Counted from the stretch's first letter, positions 40,175 to 51,379 are shown. The stretch is 64,000 nucleotides of DNA from Desulfobacterales bacterium (GCA_963674755.2 CAXXVS010000002.1:672001-736000); one strand, 5' to 3'. Program-made: numbers and translations. The notes: generated by a model not told the origin, from the letters alone.

Positions 40175-41281
40175 TTATACGGCACCTGCGCTTAACTTCG
40201 CTGCTGTAACGCCTGTCTTGACGGCTGCTTTTGCTGCCTTTTTCGTTTGCTGACCAGCTATTTCGATGCTTTCTTTCACAAGCTCTTTATCGACATGCGT
40301 CTTTTTGAACATTGAGTTTGCAAAATTGCCGAAATCGTCAAAAAAACTTGCTGATTGAAATCCAATGCCAATGAATGCTGAAAATATGAAGGGATATGCC
40401 CGCCATCCGATTCTGATATCAATGGCATGCAACTTATAGATAAAAAGAATAAAAAATCCGATAAAGGCAAAACCGATAACTTCTTTTATACCAAGCCATA
40501 AAACTAATATTAAACCAAAAAATACAATTTCGGTTATTGTTTTTTCTATTTCACCGCGCCCAATAATATGCATCGAAATATAGGATAGGAGGGCGATATT
40601 CACGGCGGAAAAAATGATGTTTCTAAAATTCTTGGGAACCGGTAGATAACCACGGAAACATAAGGCTGAAAAGATTAATAACCCGCATACCATGTGGACG
40701 GTTTCAGGATAAACCCAATTCGTATATTCGCCTAAATGAATCAATCTGTTATCTATTAGATGGCTCGTCCATTGAGCTCCGAAAATACATGCCAAAGAGG
40801 TAAAAACAACCGCCAGAACTTGTCGCGCAATGGGGCTAACATCATCCTTACCCCATAAATATCCAAACTCTAAAAAGATATCTTTTATAAACCTTTTGGG
40901 ACTAAATTTAATATTTTTTAACTCTGATTCAGCTGCTAGATTAATGGCCTCCAGCATCGCCCCCTCAAAGTCCGGATCAATACCATGCGTTTCAGCGTAT
41001 GCATAAGCTAATTTCTTGGCTCTCTGGAGATTGGCCTTACTTTCAAATACCGAGATAATTCGACACACATCCTCATTTTCAGCGTTTTTCACAAAATTCT
41101 CATTGGTTTTGAGTTTAGTATGATTCAAATAGTCTAAAAGGCTATCCTTTTCATCCTGCGATATGTCGCCATCAGATGATGCGATTTTTATCATCAGTTT
41201 CAATGCCGCGATTTTTTCTTTCTGATTGAAATTTCTTGTCAGGGTCAAATTCACAATTATCTCCTTTGCATTTGCTTGCAA
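40175..41281 (-). CDS. TerB-like N-terminal domain fused to multi-TM domain
   Basis: IASSDGDISQDEK TerB-like motif; about six TM helices; low GC. Confidence 0.7.
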   Translation of the reverse strand: MQANAKEIIVNLTLTRNFNQKEKIAALKLMIKIASSDGDISQDEKDSLLDYLNHTKLKTNENFVKNAENEDVCRIISVFESKANLQRAKKLAYAYAETHGIDPDFEGAMLEAINLAAESELKNIKFSPKRFIKDIFLEFGYLWGKDDVSPIARQVLAVVFTSLACIFGAQWTSHLIDNRLIHLGEYTNWVYPETVHMVCGLLIFSALCFRGYLPVPKNFRNIIFSAVNIALLSYISMHIIGRGEIEKTITEIVFFGLILVLWLGIKEVIGFAFIGFFILFIYKLHAIDIRIGWRAYPFIFSAFIGIGFQSASFFDDFGNFANSMFKKTHVDKELVKESIEIAGQQTKKAAKAAVKTGVTAAKLSAGAV

Positions 41282-41384
41282 GTCCGCAGCTCTGAAAAGC
41301 TTCTGATTTCTTATCGTTATTCAATTTTCCGCAGCTAATTCTTTGCCAAAGAGGTTTTACCGATCCGGGGTGGCTTTACATCAA

Positions 41385-41615
41385 TTGGTTCCTTCATTTT
41401 CTTTCACGTGAAAGAAAACAGAAGCAAAAGAAAACGCCCGTGTCCCGCTTAATCCTGCGCGTCGTCGAGGTGGCCGGAGCGCGCGGAAACTCGCTTCGCT
41501 CAAACAGTCCGCGCGCTTTTATCCGGCCGCATCGCCGATGCTCGGCGCGGGACAAAGGGAAATTCAAAACCAAAACCTCAAAAACTGTTTTCAAGCCCCC
41601 TTCGAGGGGGTTTCC
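41385..41615. repeat. long palindromic intergenic element (REP/MITE-like)
   Basis: tgtcccgc..ggccgga gcgcgcgga..tccgcgcgc..tccggcc..gcgggaca hairpin (41441-41554); GC-rich within an AT-rich context. Confidence 0.6.
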
Positions 41616-41922
41616 TGAGGCCTCCTGCTAAGCGGGAGGAGGCTCATTTGTTCTAAATGAATGTGCCACAAATTGTCTGTATAGTTGACGGACTGCGTCA
41701 CATTGAAAACACGGCTAGAACGTTATCGTCCCGATCGCCCCTCTACATTATGTCCCTTTTCGCAGTTCACCGATATTTTTTCATCATCTCTTGCGACTTG
41801 TTGTAATCATATGGAAATACATGCTGATACTTCTCTATTCCCCCTCTATAAAGAAGAGGGGTCTTGCGGCTGTTGTGGCAAGGAGTGGATGCCATGGTGA
41901 TACTGGGATTGGGGAAGGTTGT

Positions 41923-44442
41923 TTAGGGGGTGAACAACACCTTTGCGGATAAGGCCGGATTCAGCAGTTCTTTGAGCAGGGTCTGCCGTTGGCTGGTGTC
42001 CTGATTTTTTACGGCCATGGCCAGGGCCTTCCGCGTCCCCACCAGGACAGCCAGCTTCCGGGCCCGGGTCAGCCCGGTATAGATCAGATTGCGGAACAGC
42101 ATTTTGAAATGCTGGGTCAGGACCGGCATGATGACGGCCTCGAATTCGCTCCCCTGGGATTTATGGATCGTGATGGCATAGGCCAGGTCGAGCTCGGGGA
42201 TGGCGTCGCGCGTGTAGTCCACGACCCGGCCGTCCGGGTAGAAGGCGACCGCCAGCGTCAGATTCTCGGTATCGATTGCGCGGATGGTGCCGATGTCGCC
42301 GTTGAACACGTTGAGGTCGTAGTTGTTCCGGCGGTGGATCACCCGGTCGCCCACCCGGAAAACCCGCTCGCCCACGGTCAGTTGATGTTTGCCCGCCTGG
42401 GCGGGATTGGCCGCTTCCTGGATCATCCTGTTCAAACTGATCGTCCCCAGACTGCCCCTGGTCATGGGGGAGAGAACCTGGATCTCGGTATTTTCACCGA
42501 AGTATTTGGGGATCCATTCCATATAGAGCTTTCGCACAATCTCCGATGCCGAAAGGCCGTAATGCAGCGATGACCAGGGATGGACCTTTTTCAGGACGGA
42601 GCGCAATTCCGCGACCTCGCCTTCGGCCTCGGCGACTTTTTCCAGGTCGACGTGCTGGAATTTCGGGGGGACGATCAATTCGGTTTCATAGGGCACGACC
42701 GCCTCATTGATTCGGAACTCGTAGAGGTTGGCGGCCGGGTCCGCCGCGGCATCCGGTTCAGGGGTCTGGAAATCATAGAACCGCTTGACCCGGGCGATGA
42801 AGTTGAGCTGTTCCTGGGTGGCTTCGTCCGAGTCCATGAACAGGCAGTCCAGTTGTTGCTGCCAGATTTCGGGCTTTTTGAAGGGCGAATCGATGAACGG
42901 CATCTCGCCTTTGTTGATCTGGTGGGCATACTTGATGATGAAGGATTCCTGGGCCTGCCGGAAAACCGTCTTGAGCTCGAAGCAGCGCACCGCGCCCGAG
43001 GCGATGATATCGCGCAGCACGTTGCCGGCCCCGACCGAGGGGAGCTGGTCCGCGTCGCCGATGAAAAGGATCTGGCTGGTCCGCGGAATGGCTTTCAACA
43101 GGGAGGCGGCCAGGTTGATGTCCAGCATGGAGCATTCGTCGATGATGACGAAATCCGCATCGAGGGGATGATCCTCGTTGCGTTTGAAACTGCCGATCTG
43201 CCACTCCAACATTCGATGGATGGTTTTGGCTTCTCTGCCGATGACATCCATCATGCGCTGGGCCGCCCGGCCGGTGGGGGCGGCCAGCAGGATTTTCTTC
43301 TGCATGGCCTCCAGCAATTTCACCAGCACCAGGGTGGCCGTGGTTTTCCCGCACCCCGGGCCACCGGTCAGCACGGCAAATTTTTGGGAGACGATGCCCC
43401 TGATGGCGTCCAATTGCTCCTCGCTCAGGGCAAATTGCTTGGATGCGCAGTAGCGCCCGAGCCAAGCCTCGACACGCGCATGGTCGACGTGCGGGGGATA
43501 ATCCGCATCGGAAACCCGCCTGGCGACGTACAGCTCATCGAAATAGAGGGATTTGGAATAGTAGCAGGTTTCGGCGGCACCGTCCGGAAGCGCCAATTCA
43601 CGGACCATGACAAGCCCGTCCTGCTGCATCTGGTCGAGATAGCCGGTGATCCGGTCATCGAGCCGCAATTCGAGCAGTTCATCGACCTGGGCGGTAATCT
43701 GGGCCTGCGTCAGGTAGCAGTGGCCGAACTCCCGGCTGGCGGCCAGGACGTGGTTGATGCCGGCCCTGATCCGCTGGGGGCTGTCGGTTCCGAGGCCCAG
43801 ACTGAGAGCCACCTTGTCCGCCGAAAAGAAGCCGATGCCGTAAAAATCCTGGGCCAGGCGGTAGGGATCCGCGTTGACGTTGGCAATGGCATCGTTCCCG
43901 TATTCCTTGTAGATCCTTACGGCGAAAAGGGTGCTGATGCCGTGGGACTGCAGGAACATCATCACGTTGCGGATGGCCCGGTGTTCGACCCAGGCCTCGC
44001 TGATCATGGTTAGTTTCTTCTGGGCAATCCCGGTAATCTCGGTCAAGCGTTCGATCTCGTTTTCAAACACGTCAAGGGTGTCGTGGCCGAAGTATTTGAC
44101 GATTTTCTTGGCGGTCTTGGGCCCCACCCCCTTGATGAGTCCGGACCCCAGGTATTTCTCCAATGCGGCGGTGGTGGCGGGTTTCTTTTCAACCGCCTTG
44201 ACGGCCTTGAACTGGCGGCCGAATTTGGGATGAACGGTCCATGCCCCGTGGAACTCCATGGTGGCCCCGGCAAAGACCTTGGTCTGGTGAACCGTGACGG
44301 TTTCTGTCTGGTGGGGGTTGCCGAAAGGGAAGACCCGCAGAACGGACCAGCCGTTATCCGGGTTGTGGTAGGTGACCCGGTCCACGATGCCGGTAAGGGA
44401 TTCGACGATCGCCGCGGGCCGATGTATGGGCGGTTTCATCAT
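41923..44442 (-). CDS. recD2: ATP-dependent RecD2-like SF1B helicase
   Basis: HPKFGRQF, GVGPKTA HhH, GGPGCGKTT, DECSM, AYAITIHKSQGSE, YTGLTRA. Confidence 0.93.
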   Translation of the reverse strand: MMKPPIHRPAAIVESLTGIVDRVTYHNPDNGWSVLRVFPFGNPHQTETVTVHQTKVFAGATMEFHGAWTVHPKFGRQFKAVKAVEKKPATTAALEKYLGSGLIKGVGPKTAKKIVKYFGHDTLDVFENEIERLTEITGIAQKKLTMISEAWVEHRAIRNVMMFLQSHGISTLFAVRIYKEYGNDAIANVNADPYRLAQDFYGIGFFSADKVALSLGLGTDSPQRIRAGINHVLAASREFGHCYLTQAQITAQVDELLELRLDDRITGYLDQMQQDGLVMVRELALPDGAAETCYYSKSLYFDELYVARRVSDADYPPHVDHARVEAWLGRYCASKQFALSEEQLDAIRGIVSQKFAVLTGGPGCGKTTATLVLVKLLEAMQKKILLAAPTGRAAQRMMDVIGREAKTIHRMLEWQIGSFKRNEDHPLDADFVIIDECSMLDINLAASLLKAIPRTSQILFIGDADQLPSVGAGNVLRDIIASGAVRCFELKTVFRQAQESFIIKYAHQINKGEMPFIDSPFKKPEIWQQQLDCLFMDSDEATQEQLNFIARVKRFYDFQTPEPDAAADPAANLYEFRINEAVVPYETELIVPPKFQHVDLEKVAEAEGEVAELRSVLKKVHPWSSLHYGLSASEIVRKLYMEWIPKYFGENTEIQVLSPMTRGSLGTISLNRMIQEAANPAQAGKHQLTVGERVFRVGDRVIHRRNNYDLNVFNGDIGTIRAIDTENLTLAVAFYPDGRVVDYTRDAIPELDLAYAITIHKSQGSEFEAVIMPVLTQHFKMLFRNLIYTGLTRARKLAVLVGTRKALAMAVKNQDTSQRQTLLKELLNPALSAKVLFTP

Positions 44443-44719
44443 TTTGGACGGTTATCGATAGCCTCTGAAGATTGGGGGATCGTACCATTTCCGTTTTCCT
44501 TGTCAATAAACCCGACAGGGAATCCCGACACGGCCGCCTGATCGATCGGATGGGATTGGTTATCAATAGTGCCGGTTGGCGTTGACAACCAAACCACAAT
44601 CGGCTTACTGGAATTTTCATCCCATCACCATTGCAGCGGTTTCCGCTGCGGCCTTTCCGATACCACGATCACCGCAGATCACGTTTCATGGGCCCACAGC
44701 GGAGGAAGGAGGTCGGCCA

Positions 44720-45694
44720 ATGAAGGTATTTGTCACAGGAGGTACCGGTTTCATTGGTAGGAACACGATTGCACGCCTTGTTGGAGCCGGGCACCAATGC
44801 CTGTGCCTGATTCGAAACCCTCAAAAACAAGCCTTGCTGAAGGATCTTGGTGTCCGATTCGCAAAAGGGGACGTCACGGACAAGCAATCCCTGAACGAGG
44901 CGATGAAAGGATGCGATGCCGTCATCAATTTGGCCAACCTCTATTCGCTCTGGGAAGCGGATACTTCCATTTACACAAAGATAAACGTCGATGGTACCCG
45001 GAACGTAATGGAGGCGGCACTGCAAGCGCAAATTCAAAAGGTCGTGCATGTGAGCTCAATCGTCACCTGGGGGCGGTCGCCCGACGTCCCCTTTAACGAA
45101 GACAGCCCCGCCGGAGAGCTTCCAACCGACTATGCGCGGACCAAATATGCGGGGGACCAGGTGGCCTGGGAGCTATTTGAAAACGAGGGATTGCCCCTGG
45201 TGATGATTTACCCCAGCGCTGTCATGGGGGCCGGCGATACCAAAGCAACCGGCAATCACATCAATTTGCTGATCAACAGGAAAATGCCCTTGCGGGCACT
45301 GGAATCGGCGGTATTCACCTTCGTGCATGTCGATGATGTCGCTGAGGCAATCGTTCGTGCCTTGGACAAAGAAGGCAACATCGGCGAAAAATACATCGTC
45401 GGTAAAGAACAATGCACGTATGGGGAAATCAATCGGTGGGTAAGCGAGCTATCGGGCGTTCCGCTGCCGTTCCTATCCATTCCTGACGTTATCGTTAAAT
45501 GGAACGCCTTCTTTCTCACGGCTTTGGCCAATCTAACCAAACGCCCACCCCTATGGGGATTGTCGGCGGAAATGGTCAGAAGCTCTTTGACGCCGCTAAG
45601 AGCCGATGGGACCAAGGCCGAAAGGGAATTAGGCCTATCTTACAAACCCGTTCGGCAAGCGATTGAGGAGTGCATTGCGTCTTTACGGCAATGA
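44720..45694 (+). CDS. NAD-dependent epimerase/dehydratase (extended SDR, HpnA/DFR-like)
   Basis: VFVTGGTGFIG, YARTK, FVHVDDVA. Confidence 0.9.
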   Translation: MKVFVTGGTGFIGRNTIARLVGAGHQCLCLIRNPQKQALLKDLGVRFAKGDVTDKQSLNEAMKGCDAVINLANLYSLWEADTSIYTKINVDGTRNVMEAALQAQIQKVVHVSSIVTWGRSPDVPFNEDSPAGELPTDYARTKYAGDQVAWELFENEGLPLVMIYPSAVMGAGDTKATGNHINLLINRKMPLRALESAVFTFVHVDDVAEAIVRALDKEGNIGEKYIVGKEQCTYGEINRWVSELSGVPLPFLSIPDVIVKWNAFFLTALANLTKRPPLWGLSAEMVRSSLTPLRADGTKAERELGLSYKPVRQAIEECIASLRQ

Positions 45695-45712
45695 GATTGT
45701 GAGGGGATACGG

Positions 45713-46198
45713 ATGAAAATCGGAAACAAACGAAAGCGCCGGCTGACCGAATTCACCATAAGGGAATACGGGATCAACGGCGTCCTGCTCACCATCCTCT
45801 TCCTGCTCGGGCTGTTCCTGAGTTGGAAGCTGTCCTGGTTCGCCGGACTGCTCTATCTGGTGTTCTGGGCGGCTTCCTATGCCGTCCTTTACGCGGTGAC
45901 ATGCCGGAACTGCACAAACTATGGGAAATCGTGCCCGGTGCCTTTCGAGGGTAGTTGCGTGCAGCGTTTCTTCGGCCGGGGGGAAAAATTTGGATTTATG
46001 GCGGGGTTAGGGGCGGTATCGGCCTACTTTCTCAGAGTGTGCATTCCCTATGCAGCCATATTCCTGATGGGATCGATGCTTGACTTCATACTTTACACCG
46101 GACTATTCGCGGGATTCTTTTACGTCCTGCTGTATCACACGGGATGCCCGAACTGTGTAAATGTCCGCTGCCCGTTCAACCCGGATTTCGGTACCTGA
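45713..46198 (+). CDS. four-TM membrane protein with two Cys clusters
   Basis: CRNCTNYGKSC and CPNCVNVRCP. Confidence 0.7.
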   Translation: MKIGNKRKRRLTEFTIREYGINGVLLTILFLLGLFLSWKLSWFAGLLYLVFWAASYAVLYAVTCRNCTNYGKSCPVPFEGSCVQRFFGRGEKFGFMAGLGAVSAYFLRVCIPYAAIFLMGSMLDFILYTGLFAGFFYVLLYHTGCPNCVNVRCPFNPDFGT

Positions 46199-46238
46199 CA
46201 GACGGATTCGTTGCCCGGCCTAGCGTCCGTGAAGCACG

Positions 46239-46601
46239 TCAGCCGCCGGCCATTTTCACGGTGAATCCCTGCCGGGTCAGTTCCGTCTTGACCGTTTCCC
46301 GGTGGTCCCCCTGAATGATAATGATGCCGTCTTTGCAGGAACCTCCGGTCCCGCATCGGTTTTTCAGATCTGAGGCGATCATCTTGAGGACGGTATCCTT
46401 CTCCTGGAATCCCGAGATGGTCGTCACGGTTTTTCCCTTGCGGCCCTTTGATTCGCGCCTGATACGGATGATGCCGTCGGACGCCTTGCCGGGCGCCGGT
46501 TTCGTTGGCTTCCTTTGGCACACACATTTGGATTGCGGCCGGCCGCACTTCGGGCACATGCGTCCTGTCTCGGTCGAATAGACCAGCGTCGATTCGTTCA
46601 T
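46239..46601 (-). CDS. yciH: translation initiation factor Sui1 (YciH)
   Basis: LVYSTETG, KGRKGKTVT, CGTGG, IQGDH. Confidence 0.93.
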   Translation of the reverse strand: MNESTLVYSTETGRMCPKCGRPQSKCVCQRKPTKPAPGKASDGIIRIRRESKGRKGKTVTTISGFQEKDTVLKMIASDLKNRCGTGGSCKDGIIIIQGDHRETVKTELTRQGFTVKMAGG

Positions 46602-46828
46602 TCATCAAATCCTTAAGCAACAAGTTCGATCGGAGAATAACACTATTACACCGACGGGAATTAAAGCCCAAGAACGCACTGTAACATAATAAGGCGGGTA
46701 TTTGTGCTGATTTCGAATCCCCTTCAATTGCAGGGAGGGCCATCGCATGAACAGGCCAATGGGTTGGTGCGGCACGCAGGCCGACGGCAGGCTTGCCTTA
46801 CCCGCCAAATGATATTAAAACATAAGGC

Positions 46829-47266
46829 ATGCCCATCGAGTTCCGCTACATTGAAGAATTGGGATGCCTGCACGCCATCGGACAGGGGCGGTTGTCGCTG
46901 AAGGATTTCCTAGACTATCACTGCGCCGTCGATATTGCCAACCCGCCTTCCGAGCTCTTGATCCTTTCCGACTACCGCGCGACGGACCCTTCCGGCCTTT
47001 CGTCGTCGGATATCGAGAAGATCCGCACCAATGCCATCGGCCACACGGAATACAAATATCAATCCGTCAAAGAAGCCATCGTGGTTTCCGAAGCCCTTGC
47101 CTATGGCCTTTCACGCATGTATGACGGGGTGGTGTATTCGGAAAAATATGCCCTCAGCGTGTTCACCGATATCGATGCCGCCAAGGAATGGCTGGGACTG
47201 GAAACGGATGCACTGTCGGAGAACCGCGCTGCTTCTCCGGAGAGACCGACCGCCCAGACCCCCTGA
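46829..47266 (+). CDS. STAS/SpoIIAA-like hypothetical protein
   Basis: AIVV..LAYGLSRMY, VFTDIDAAKEWL. Confidence 0.7.
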   Translation: MPIEFRYIEELGCLHAIGQGRLSLKDFLDYHCAVDIANPPSELLILSDYRATDPSGLSSSDIEKIRTNAIGHTEYKYQSVKEAIVVSEALAYGLSRMYDGVVYSEKYALSVFTDIDAAKEWLGLETDALSENRAASPERPTAQTP

Positions 47267-47474
47267 AAACGATCCAAATCCCCGCCGACCTTTGCTCCGA
47301 TCAAATCGCCGCGCGCCGTCGCTTCCGGTTGCCTTTCAAAACTTCCCTGTGCTATAGAGCCATCCATTGGCAAAGGCCTTTCCAGCCTGACCTGATGTGC
47401 CCTCAACATCCCTGTATCATTATCTTTCCCGGCTGATCCAATCGGCCAACAACTCTCAGCAACGGAGGACCCTC

Positions 47475-47978
47475 ATGGATTCGAAGCGGTGGCGGAACAA
47501 TGTGGCAGGTTATCTCATCCTGGCAGTCCTGGTCATGACCCTGGCGGCCTGCTCGAGCATGAATGCGACATCCAGCGGATCAGGAGCGGATAGTGCGGCC
47601 CAAACGTCCTCCCCCACGCTCTACCGCGACTTTGACGACATTCTGCTGCCCAGCGAAATGAAAGTCGATTCCAAACGAACCTATATCGTCCAGGGTTCCG
47701 GCATGACCACGGGCATCCTGACCGTCAAAGGCTGGGTGGACCGCACGTCGCTGATGGATTTTTTCAAGAGTGCCATGGCGCGCGAAAAGTGGCAGGAGCT
47801 GGCCTCCTTCAAGTCGCCCTCGGCCGACACCAGCTCGATTATGGTGTTCCAGAAAGCCGGCCGTACGACCGTGATCAGTATCAGCGAAGGCTGGATCTAC
47901 ACCTATGCCGAAATTGCCGTGGCGCCTTCGGCCAGGGGGATCGGCAGCGGGTTGCTCCGGGATGGCGAAGCCCAATAG
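47475..47978 (+). CDS. lipoprotein
   Basis: GGAGG RBS, lipobox LAAC, FDDILLPSEM. Confidence 0.8.
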   Translation: MDSKRWRNNVAGYLILAVLVMTLAACSSMNATSSGSGADSAAQTSSPTLYRDFDDILLPSEMKVDSKRTYIVQGSGMTTGILTVKGWVDRTSLMDFFKSAMAREKWQELASFKSPSADTSSIMVFQKAGRTTVISISEGWIYTYAEIAVAPSARGIGSGLLRDGEAQ

Positions 47979-48094
47979 CCGGCCCACCTCCGCGAGATAC
48001 CGGGAATAGGAACAGATTGATGCGCAACGGTGGCTTCCGTTGCGGGTCGTGACAGTTTGGCCGTCAGCCGCGCATGGCAATCCAAAGGAGCGCT

Positions 48095-49297
48095 ATGGAG
48101 CCCTTATTCAATGATAAAAACGTGACCCTGGGCGTGACCGGGGGGATTGCGGCCTATAAAAGCGTCGAGTTGCTGCGCCTGCTGTCCAAAGCCGGGGCCA
48201 GGGTGCGGGTGATCATGACGGAAAACGCGCGCTGGTTCGTGGGGCCGGGCACGTTTCAGGCCCTTTCCGGGCAGCCGGTCTGCACCAGTGTGTTTGCCGA
48301 GGGGGATGCCGCCATCCGGCACATCGAATGGGCCCAGGCCACCGACCTGGCGGTGATCGCGCCGGCCACGGCCAACTGCGTCGCCAAACTGGCCAACGGC
48401 ATTGCCGACGATGCCTTGTCGACCTATATGCTGGCCGTCACGGCGCCGGTGGTGGTGTGCCCGGCCATGAACACCAACATGTTCCAGCACCCCGCCACCC
48501 AGCGCAATCTGGCCCGCCTGCAGGAGTACGGCCATATCCTGATCGACCCGGACGCCGGCCAACTGGCCTGCGGCACGGTGGGGCCCGGGCGCCTGCCCGA
48601 GCCGGCCTTCATCATGGAAAAACTGGCGGCCGTCATGGCGCCCAAGGATTTGGCGGGCCTGACCGTCCTCGTCACGGCCGGCCCCACCCGGGAATCCATC
48701 GATCCGGTGCGCTTTATCAGCAACCCGTCCTCCGGCAAGATGGGGTTTGCCGTGGCCCGGGCGGCCTGCCAGCGCGGGGCCAGGGTCCACCTGGTGAGCG
48801 GACCGGTGGGGTTGCCGGATCCGATGGATGTGGCCGTGCACCGGGTCACGTCCGCCCGGGAGATGTATGACCGGGTCCTGGAACTGCTGGAGAAGGCCGA
48901 CGTCGTCATCAAGACCGCGGCGGTTTCCGACTACCGTCCCGTTGCACCGGAAGAGCACAAAATCAAAAAGAACGCCGAGCGCCTCACGCTGGAGCTGGAA
49001 AAGACCCGCGACATCCTGCGAACCATCGGCGAGCGTAAAGGACCGCGCCTGGTGGTGGGGTTTGCCGCGGAAACCCGCGATCTGAAACAAAACGCCGTCC
49101 AGAAGCTGCAGGCCAAGCACCTGGATCTCATCGTCGGCAACGTCATCGGGGCGCCGGGCACCGGTTTTGCCGGCGATACCAACCAGGTGACGTTCTTTTA
49201 CCCGGACGGGTCCACGGAAGCCATGGCGCTGATGGCCAAGGAAGACCTGGCCCATTGCCTGCTGGATCGCGTCGCTTCCCTGATGAAGAAAGGATGA
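48095..49297 (+). CDS. coaBC: phosphopantothenoylcysteine decarboxylase/ligase
   Basis: [43 protein letters not shown]. Confidence 0.97.
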   Translation: MEPLFNDKNVTLGVTGGIAAYKSVELLRLLSKAGARVRVIMTENARWFVGPGTFQALSGQPVCTSVFAEGDAAIRHIEWAQATDLAVIAPATANCVAKLANGIADDALSTYMLAVTAPVVVCPAMNTNMFQHPATQRNLARLQEYGHILIDPDAGQLACGTVGPGRLPEPAFIMEKLAAVMAPKDLAGLTVLVTAGPTRESIDPVRFISNPSSGKMGFAVARAACQRGARVHLVSGPVGLPDPMDVAVHRVTSAREMYDRVLELLEKADVVIKTAAVSDYRPVAPEEHKIKKNAERLTLELEKTRDILRTIGERKGPRLVVGFAAETRDLKQNAVQKLQAKHLDLIVGNVIGAPGTGFAGDTNQVTFFYPDGSTEAMALMAKEDLAHCLLDRVASLMKKG

Positions 49298-49398
49298 ACC
49301 ATAAGAGGACCGCGCTTGCGGGCAGGCTCGCCATGCCTTGGGCGGCGCCTGACATGAACACCGATGCCGCCGCAGCGGCCTGTATGCGATGATACGCC

Positions 49399-50103
49399 AT
49401 GGAAACCGCCCCCCCCGATATCCTGTCCGTCATGGACGACATCCTGCATACCTTGCGTGCCTGCCGGCAAGACGGCCTGAGCGGCTACGACTGTTCGGAG
49501 CAGGCCCGCGACGTACTGGCGGCCTGGCATCTGCCCCTGACCAAGCCGGTGGAGAGCCTCGATACCATCCGGAAAGATCTGGGGAACTGCGAGCGTTGCA
49601 GCCTATGCCGCATGCGCCATCATATCGTCTTCGGAGCCGGCGATCCCAAAGCCCGTCTGGTATTTGTGGGCGAAGGCCCGGGAAAGGATGAAGATCTCCA
49701 GGGGGAGCCCTTCGTGGGGGCGGCCGGCGAATTGCTCACGCGCATCATCCAGGCCATTCATCTTACCCGCGACGAGGTTTATATCTGCAATATCGTGAAA
49801 TGCCGGCCCCCGGGAAACCGCAATCCCCAGCCGGAAGAGGTGGATGCCTGCCGGCCCTTTCTGCAGCGCCAGCTGGAGGCCATCAAGCCGGACTTCATCG
49901 TGGCGCTGGGCAAAGTCGCCGCCCAAACCCTGCTGGGGACCGACCAGACCATCTCCCGCTTGCGGGGACGGTTTCACGACTATCACGGTATGCGTTTGCT
50001 GCCGACCTATCATCCGGCCTATCTGCTGCGCAACCCGGAGAAGAAGCGCGACGTATGGGAAGACATGAAAATGCTTATGAGGGAATTCGGCCATGCGATT
50101 TAG
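49399..50103 (+). CDS. uracil-DNA glycosylase family 4
   Basis: CERC, GEGPG, PFVG.AG, KCRPP.NR, TYHPAYLLR. Confidence 0.95.
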   Translation: METAPPDILSVMDDILHTLRACRQDGLSGYDCSEQARDVLAAWHLPLTKPVESLDTIRKDLGNCERCSLCRMRHHIVFGAGDPKARLVFVGEGPGKDEDLQGEPFVGAAGELLTRIIQAIHLTRDEVYICNIVKCRPPGNRNPQPEEVDACRPFLQRQLEAIKPDFIVALGKVAAQTLLGTDQTISRLRGRFHDYHGMRLLPTYHPAYLLRNPEKKRDVWEDMKMLMREFGHAI

Positions 50104-51379
50104 ACGATTTGCGGCGGCGCTGATCTTCTTGCTGCTATTGCCGGGCGGGCAGGCTGCGGCTGAGCCTTCGGCCGTTCACATTCTTACCGTGCAGGCGCCC
50201 ATTGGCCCCGGTGTAGCGGATTATATCGACGGCGCCATCGAGGCGGCCGATCAGGCGCAGGCGGCCTGCGTTGTCATCCAGCTCGATACCCCCGGCGGCT
50301 TGATGGAATCCATGCGCCAAATCGTTCAGAAGATCATGTCGGCCCGCACGCCGATCGTGGTGTATGTGGCCCCCTCCGGGGCCCGGGCCGCATCGGCCGG
50401 GGTGCTGATCACCGTCGCCGCCGATATCGCCGCCATGGCGCCGGGCACCAATATCGGGGCCGCCCATCCGGTGAGCGCCGGAGGAGGGGATATCCCCGAC
50501 ACCATGTCCGAAAAGGTGGTCAACGATATGGTGGCCCAGGCCCGCAGCATCGCCCAAGAGCGGGGCCGCAATGCCGACTGGGTGGAGGATGCGATTCGCT
50601 ACAGCGAGTCGATTACCGAGACCCAGGCCCTGCGCGAGAATGTGATCGACCTGATCGCCAATGACCTGGACAGCCTGCTGAACATGATCGACGGACGCAC
50701 CGTCAAGGGCAAGGGGGTTCTGCACGTCAAGGATGCCCCCCGCCAATTCGTCGAAGAGGGGCTGCGCATCAAGGTGTTAAAGGCGATCAGCAATCCGAAT
50801 ATCGCCTTTGTGCTCTTCCTCATCGGTGCGGCAGGGCTCTTTTTTGAACTCTCCCATCCCGGTGCCATATTGCCGGGGGTGCTCGGCGGCATCTGTTTGA
50901 TTCTATCGATCTACGCCTTCCAGATGCTGCCGGTCAACTATGTGGGCATTCTGATGCTGGGGTTGGCCCTGATCTTCTTTTTGCTGGAAATCAAGGTCAC
51001 CAGCTATGGCATGTTGAGCGTGGCGGGCGCCATAGCCCTCTTCATGGGCGGTTTGATGCTCTACCAGGGCTCGGATTATGGGGTCCGGCTGTCCATGGGC
51101 GTCCTGATCCCGGCCGTGGTGATCGTGTCCCTTTTTTTCGCCGCCGTTGCCAGCCTGGCTTTCAAGGCCCAGGTCACCCGGACCCGCACCGGCCTCCAGG
51201 GGCTGATCGGTGAGATTGGAACGGTCAAGCAGACCATCGATCCGGAGGGCCGGGTGCTGGTGCATGGTGAGTTGTGGCGTGCGCGCTCCGCAGCGGTTCT
51301 GGAGGTCGGTTGCAAAGTGCGCGTGGTTGCTGTGGATGGCCTGACAGCGACTGTGGAGGCAATGCCGCCCGAGGCTTAG
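50093..51379 (+). CDS. NfeD family membrane-bound serine protease
   Basis: LDTPGG, AASAG, NIGAAHPV, C-terminal GELWRA OB fold. Confidence 0.93.
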   Translation: MRFRRFAAALIFLLLLPGGQAAAEPSAVHILTVQAPIGPGVADYIDGAIEAADQAQAACVVIQLDTPGGLMESMRQIVQKIMSARTPIVVYVAPSGARAASAGVLITVAADIAAMAPGTNIGAAHPVSAGGGDIPDTMSEKVVNDMVAQARSIAQERGRNADWVEDAIRYSESITETQALRENVIDLIANDLDSLLNMIDGRTVKGKGVLHVKDAPRQFVEEGLRIKVLKAISNPNIAFVLFLIGAAGLFFELSHPGAILPGVLGGICLILSIYAFQMLPVNYVGILMLGLALIFFLLEIKVTSYGMLSVAGAIALFMGGLMLYQGSDYGVRLSMGVLIPAVVIVSLFFAAVASLAFKAQVTRTRTGLQGLIGEIGTVKQTIDPEGRVLVHGELWRARSAAVLEVGCKVRVVAVDGLTATVEAMPPEA

